Source: Candidatus Multivoraceae bacterium
GTDB lineage: Bacteria; Acidobacteriota; Thermoanaerobaculia; Multivoradales; Multivoraceae
NCBI GenBank assembly: GCA_965219625.1
Contig: OZ244782.1
Location: 2,727,551 to 2,791,550, forward strand
Reading direction: 5' to 3'
DNA length: 64,000 bases
Positions within the stretch are counted from its first letter, which is position 1, and each line of letters opens with the position of its first letter. The position numbers and the translations under genes are program-made. The notes beneath the pieces were generated by a model that was not told where the DNA came from, did not search any database, and saw only the letters and a list, made by a program, of their open reading frames with translations. Positions 60,347 to 64,000 of the stretch are shown here, in pieces.

Positions 60347-61546
60347 TCACGCCGCGGCAATCGCGGTGATCATCCGACAACCGTCGAGGTACTCCTGGAC
60401 ATCGACGTACTCGTCCACGGTGTGGGGATTGTGTTGGCCCGCGCCCAGGGTCACCGTGGGCAGGCCCTTCGCGTTCAAGTAGTTCGCGTCGAGCCCCCCG
60501 TTCGCGACGAGGTACTCGGCCTCCATGCCGAGAACGGCGCGGACCCTTGCCGCGGCGAGTTCGACCGGCGCTCCGTCCCTCGCCATCTCGAACGCCTCGT
60601 AGTCGGTTTCCGCGTGGAAGTCGACGCGGCCGCAGGCGCCGTCGGAGCTGGTGACGCTCTTCGCGGCCCGCTCGAAGGCGTCGCGCCACGTGGTCGTGAT
60701 TCGCGCGAGGAAGGCCTTGTCGTGGCTGCGTGATTCGCCCGAGACGAAGACGTGGTCGGTGACCTGGTTCGTTGCCTCGCCGCCAGTCATTCGGCCGATG
60801 TTCGAGGTGCCGTCGCCATCCTCGAGAGAGATCTTCCCGAAGAAGCCGCGCGCGGCGACGTCGGCGATCGCGCGGGAGGCAATCAGCGCTGCCGAGACGC
60901 CGTGTTCCGGGTGGACCCCGGCGTGCGAGGAACGGCCGTAGACGTCGACCTCCCAGCGGTCGGCGCCGGTGGCGCCGATGATCAGGACGTGGGGCGCCCC
61001 GGAGTCGATGTTGAAGCCCATGTCGGGATCGCCGAGGCGGTCGAGCCGCACCGTGCGGGCCCCCCAGAGGCCGACTTCCTCGCCGACCGTCATCAGGACG
61101 GTGATCGGCGTCCGCGGCAGGTCCTGCGCGAGCAGGGTTTCGACCATCGTCACCAAGGCGCCGATCGACGTCCGGTTATCGCCGCCCAGCGCCGTGTCGC
61201 CCTCCGCCTCGATCCGACCGTTGCGGCGGACCGGCACGGCTCCGCGGCAGAGCGGCACCGTGTCGAGGTGTCCCATGAACAGACGCCTGGGCCCGGGCTT
61301 CGTGCCTGGGATCGTGACAATCAGGTTGCCGATCTCGAAGTCGCGGGGGATCCGCTCGTTCGCGTCGTCGTGTTCGATCCATGACGGTTCGCAACCGGCC
61401 GCCAGCAGCTTTTCGCGCACGGCGGCCGCGACCGCCGCCTCGCGTCCCGACAACCCCTCGATCGCGAGCAGGTCCATCAGGTGGTCGAGCGCGCGGGCTT
61501 CGTCGATCCGGGGCAGGGTCATCTCGATCTCGGGTCGTTCGGTCAA
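60347..61546 (-). CDS. M20-family metallopeptidase (peptidase T / tripeptidase-like)
   Basis: 399 aa; HLDTV ... metal-binding pattern (GEEVG, H...E) of M20/M42 peptidases. Confidence 0.75.
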   Translation of the reverse strand: MTERPEIEMTLPRIDEARALDHLMDLLAIEGLSGREAAVAAAVREKLLAAGCEPSWIEHDDANERIPRDFEIGNLIVTIPGTKPGPRRLFMGHLDTVPLCRGAVPVRRNGRIEAEGDTALGGDNRTSIGALVTMVETLLAQDLPRTPITVLMTVGEEVGLWGARTVRLDRLGDPDMGFNIDSGAPHVLIIGATGADRWEVDVYGRSSHAGVHPEHGVSAALIASRAIADVAARGFFGKISLEDGDGTSNIGRMTGGEATNQVTDHVFVSGESRSHDKAFLARITTTWRDAFERAAKSVTSSDGACGRVDFHAETDYEAFEMARDGAPVELAAARVRAVLGMEAEYLVANGGLDANYLNAKGLPTVTLGAGQHNPHTVDEYVDVQEYLDGCRMITAIAAA

Positions 61547-61657
61547 GGCAGAACGGAAGCGATCCTACCGCCCTCGCCTCGGTTCCCGCCGACCTTCCGG
61601 CCGGGATGCCGCGCGACGGTGCGAAATGCGGAGAGCGTTCTGGCCTACACTCGCTCC

Positions 61658-63103
61658 ATGCGAAGAACAGCGCGGACTGCTCTCCTGCCGCTCGCCTTCC
61701 TGGCCGCATGCGCTCAGGGATCCCCGGAGCCGTCGCCGTCAGGCCGGCTCCCGAACGTCGTCATCGTCTTTGCCGACGACCTGGGCTGGGGCGATCTGGG
61801 GAGTTACGGCGCGCCCGTCATTCGGACTCCCCACCTCGACCGGATGGCTGCGGAGGGCCAGCGCTGGACGAGTTTCTACGTCACCGCATCCGTCTGCTCG
61901 CCGAGTCGAGCCGGCCTCCTCACCGGACGGTTGCCGGTGCGGAACGGGCTCTACGGCGATCGGGCGCGGGTTCTGTTCCCGGACTTCGTCGGCGGAATTC
62001 AGGACGAGGAGATCACGCTCGCCGAGGCTCTGAGCGACCTCGGCTACGCGACGGGGATGTTCGGCAAGTGGCACCTGGGCGATCGCCCGGAGTATCTGCC
62101 GACCCGGCACGGGTTCGACGAGTGGTTCGGCATCCCTTACTCGAACGACATGATGGCCACCTTGCCGCGCGAGGAACGTCTGGCGGCGTTCCAGGAGCCG
62201 AAGATCGAGTACTGGAACGTGCCGCTCGTCCGCTCCCGCCGCGATCGGGAGACGGGTGTCGTGACTGCCGACACGATCGAGCAACCGGCCGATCAGGCCA
62301 CGATCACGCGTCGGTTCGCCGAGGAGGCGGTCGGGTTCATCCGCGCGCACCGGGACGAACCGTTCTTCGTCTACCTGCCGCACAGCATGCCCCACGTCCC
62401 CCTCTTCCGGTCGCCCGAGTTCACCGACCACAGCGCGGCCGGGCTCTACGGCGACGTGATCGAGGAGATCGACTGGAGCGTCGGCCGCATCCTGGAGGTT
62501 GTCGAGGAACTTGGCTTGGCCGAGGAAACGCTCGTGTTCGTGAGCAGCGACAACGGGCCTTGGACCGCATTTCGAACCCAGGGCGGGTCGTCAGGGCCGC
62601 TTCGCGAGGGCAAGGGGATGACCTGGGAGGGCGGTGTTCGGGTGCCGGCGTTGTTCTGGTGGCCGGGATCGATCGCCCCGGCCACGGTTACCGGGGCGAT
62701 CGGGTCGACGAGCGACCTGTTCGCGACGGTGATGACGCTCGCCGGAGGCCGCGTGCCGGCCGATCGGCCGATGGACAGTCTCGATCTCGGCCCGGTGCTG
62801 TTCGGCTCAGGCGAAGGGCCTCGCCGTGAGGTTGCTTTCTACCGCGGCAGCGAGCTCTACGCGTACCGGGTCGGCGACTACAAGGCTCACTTCATCACGG
62901 AAGGCGCATACGGCCTGGCGGGAGAGCGGATGGAGCACGATCCGCCGCTCCTCTACGACTTGTCGGTCGATATCGGCGAGCGCTGGGATGTTTCGGCGGA
63001 TCGGCCCGAGGCGCTCGCTGCGGTGACGTCCGCGGCGGTTCTGCACATGGCCGGCGTGGACGTGGCGCCGTCCCAGTTCGACCTGGGAACCGGAGACGAC
63101 TGA
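61658..63103 (+). CDS. Arylsulfatase (formylglycine-dependent sulfatase family)
   Basis: Lipoprotein-like signal (LAFLAAC); PNVVIVFADDLGWGDLG; CSPSRAGLLTGR (C-x-P-x-R FGly motif); start at the internal ATG 61658. Confidence 0.85.
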   Translation: MRRTARTALLPLAFLAACAQGSPEPSPSGRLPNVVIVFADDLGWGDLGSYGAPVIRTPHLDRMAAEGQRWTSFYVTASVCSPSRAGLLTGRLPVRNGLYGDRARVLFPDFVGGIQDEEITLAEALSDLGYATGMFGKWHLGDRPEYLPTRHGFDEWFGIPYSNDMMATLPREERLAAFQEPKIEYWNVPLVRSRRDRETGVVTADTIEQPADQATITRRFAEEAVGFIRAHRDEPFFVYLPHSMPHVPLFRSPEFTDHSAAGLYGDVIEEIDWSVGRILEVVEELGLAEETLVFVSSDNGPWTAFRTQGGSSGPLREGKGMTWEGGVRVPALFWWPGSIAPATVTGAIGSTSDLFATVMTLAGGRVPADRPMDSLDLGPVLFGSGEGPRREVAFYRGSELYAYRVGDYKAHFITEGAYGLAGERMEHDPPLLYDLSVDIGERWDVSADRPEALAAVTSAAVLHMAGVDVAPSQFDLGTGDD

Positions 63104-63321
63104 GGCCCGCCGTCCCCGGGGCGAGCCGTCACCCTAAGCGCCACCTTGACGCCGCTCGCGTTCGAGTCGGCGCTCCCAGGCGATCGCCTCGCGGGCAACC
63201 TGGCGCCGAGCCCTGATGCCGCGGATCCACCAGCCGAATCCGGCGCCGGCAACCGCGGCGGCGACGATCCAGATCCAGATCTCGAGCAGCAGATAGAGCA
63301 TCGCGGAGCGGAACCAGCGAT

Positions 63322-64000
63322 TCAGGGACGGTGCAGCACGCGGAATTCGATGGGTTCGCCGATTCTTCCTCGGTCGGCCCGGCGCTGGTCGCCGTATCCG
63401 ATGGCGACCAGGCGGTCCGAGTCGATTCGCCGGGCCAGTACGTTGCGCACGGCTTCCGCGCGGGCTTGGCTCAGCTCGCGGTTGGCCGCCTCGTTCTGGG
63501 CGGCGTCGGCGTGCCCGAGGATCTCGATCCGAATGTTCGAATAGCCGGCGAGCCTCTCGCCGACTCTGGCCACGGCCGCAAGCGACGGCTCGGTCAGCGC
63601 CGCGGTAGCTCCTCTGAACGCGATCGATTCGTCTTCCAGCAGGCTCGCGATACGCCGCTCCAGGTGTTCGTTTCTCGATACCGGGGCGATCCGCAGACTG
63701 TCGACGACGGTCCATTCCGCGCCGGAGTCGGCGCCGATCATCGCGATCTGGAGAACCAGGTAGTCGCGGAGTCCCACGCTCGACGTGTGGCCCGCGAGGG
63801 TGACGGCGCCGTCCTCGAGGCCCAGCCGGGGTCGCCCGTCGACGGCCCGCAGCAGCTGAACCAGTCGCGGCAGCGTGCCCAGCCAGGTCGGCTGGGTAAC
63901 CGAACTGTCGACCTCCATCTCATCGATTACGTTGCCCTGCCCGACGATGGCCGCGGCGGCATCGAAGAGCTCCTGTCGACTCTCGGCGGTCGGCAGCCGG
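63322..64000 (-). CDS. OmpA-like peptidoglycan-binding domain protein (partial; N-terminus beyond the window end)
   Basis: C-terminal NIRIEILGHADAAQNEAANRELSQARAEAVRNVLARRIDSDRLVAIGYGDQRRAD = OmpA_C signature; the ORF continues upstream past 63918. Confidence 0.65.
   Translation of the reverse strand, partial: RLPTAESRQELFDAAAAIVGQGNVIDEMEVDSSVTQPTWLGTLPRLVQLLRAVDGRPRLGLEDGAVTLAGHTSSVGLRDYLVLQIAMIGADSGAEWTVVDSLRIAPVSRNEHLERRIASLLEDESIAFRGATAALTEPSLAAVARVGERLAGYSNIRIEILGHADAAQNEAANRELSQARAEAVRNVLARRIDSDRLVAIGYGDQRRADRGRIGEPIEFRVLHRP

Overview
This is a high-GC (~68%) bacterial chromosomal window, probably from a Gram-negative organism (outer-membrane beta-barrel and OmpA-like proteins, AGGAGG ribosome-binding sites). 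I found no rRNA, tRNA or CRISPR. All calls rest on reading motifs by eye, with no database search.

Main content, in order:
- **1-12.4 kb:** a translationally coupled branched-chain amino-acid operon on the minus strand (ilvE-ilvB-ilvN-ilvC-leuA-leuC-leuD-leuB). It is preceded by a candidate Leu/Ile/Val-rich leader peptide and a terminator/antiterminator attenuator.
- **12.6-17.2 kb:** a SWIM-zinc-finger SNF2 helicase and citramalate synthase (cimA).
- **17.2-22.6 kb:** gcvP, a CaCA-family exchanger and glutamate dehydrogenase.
- **22.7-26.7 kb:** a cluster with two ~99%-identical 1-kb direct repeats. Each carries a secreted-protein gene; between them lie a metzincin-type metalloprotease and a 2-TM SLATT-like protein.
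- **27-34.4 kb:** fdhD, a molybdopterin oxidoreductase, and a CRTAC1-like gene (FG-GAP/ASPIC/TlpA/TPR) split by one in-frame TGA.
- **34.5-36 kb:** a Type II restriction-modification pair.
- **36.3-37.9 kb:** small membrane proteins and an 18-bp tandem repeat carrying repeated Shine-Dalgarno sequences.
- **38-49.5 kb:** an SOS mutasome (imuA-imuB ... dnaE2) split by a ~5.5-kb insert. The insert holds a HEPN/MNT toxin-antitoxin pair and an ABC/OLD-type ATPase followed by a PIN nuclease; the latter pair is my top candidate for an undescribed defence module.
- **49.6 kb:** a long perfect palindrome between imuA and a divergent fic gene, a candidate LexA-type operator.
- **49.7-64 kb:** housekeeping genes, listed in the features.

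Many long Arg/Pro-rich ORFs in the track are GC-driven shadow ORFs and are rejected.
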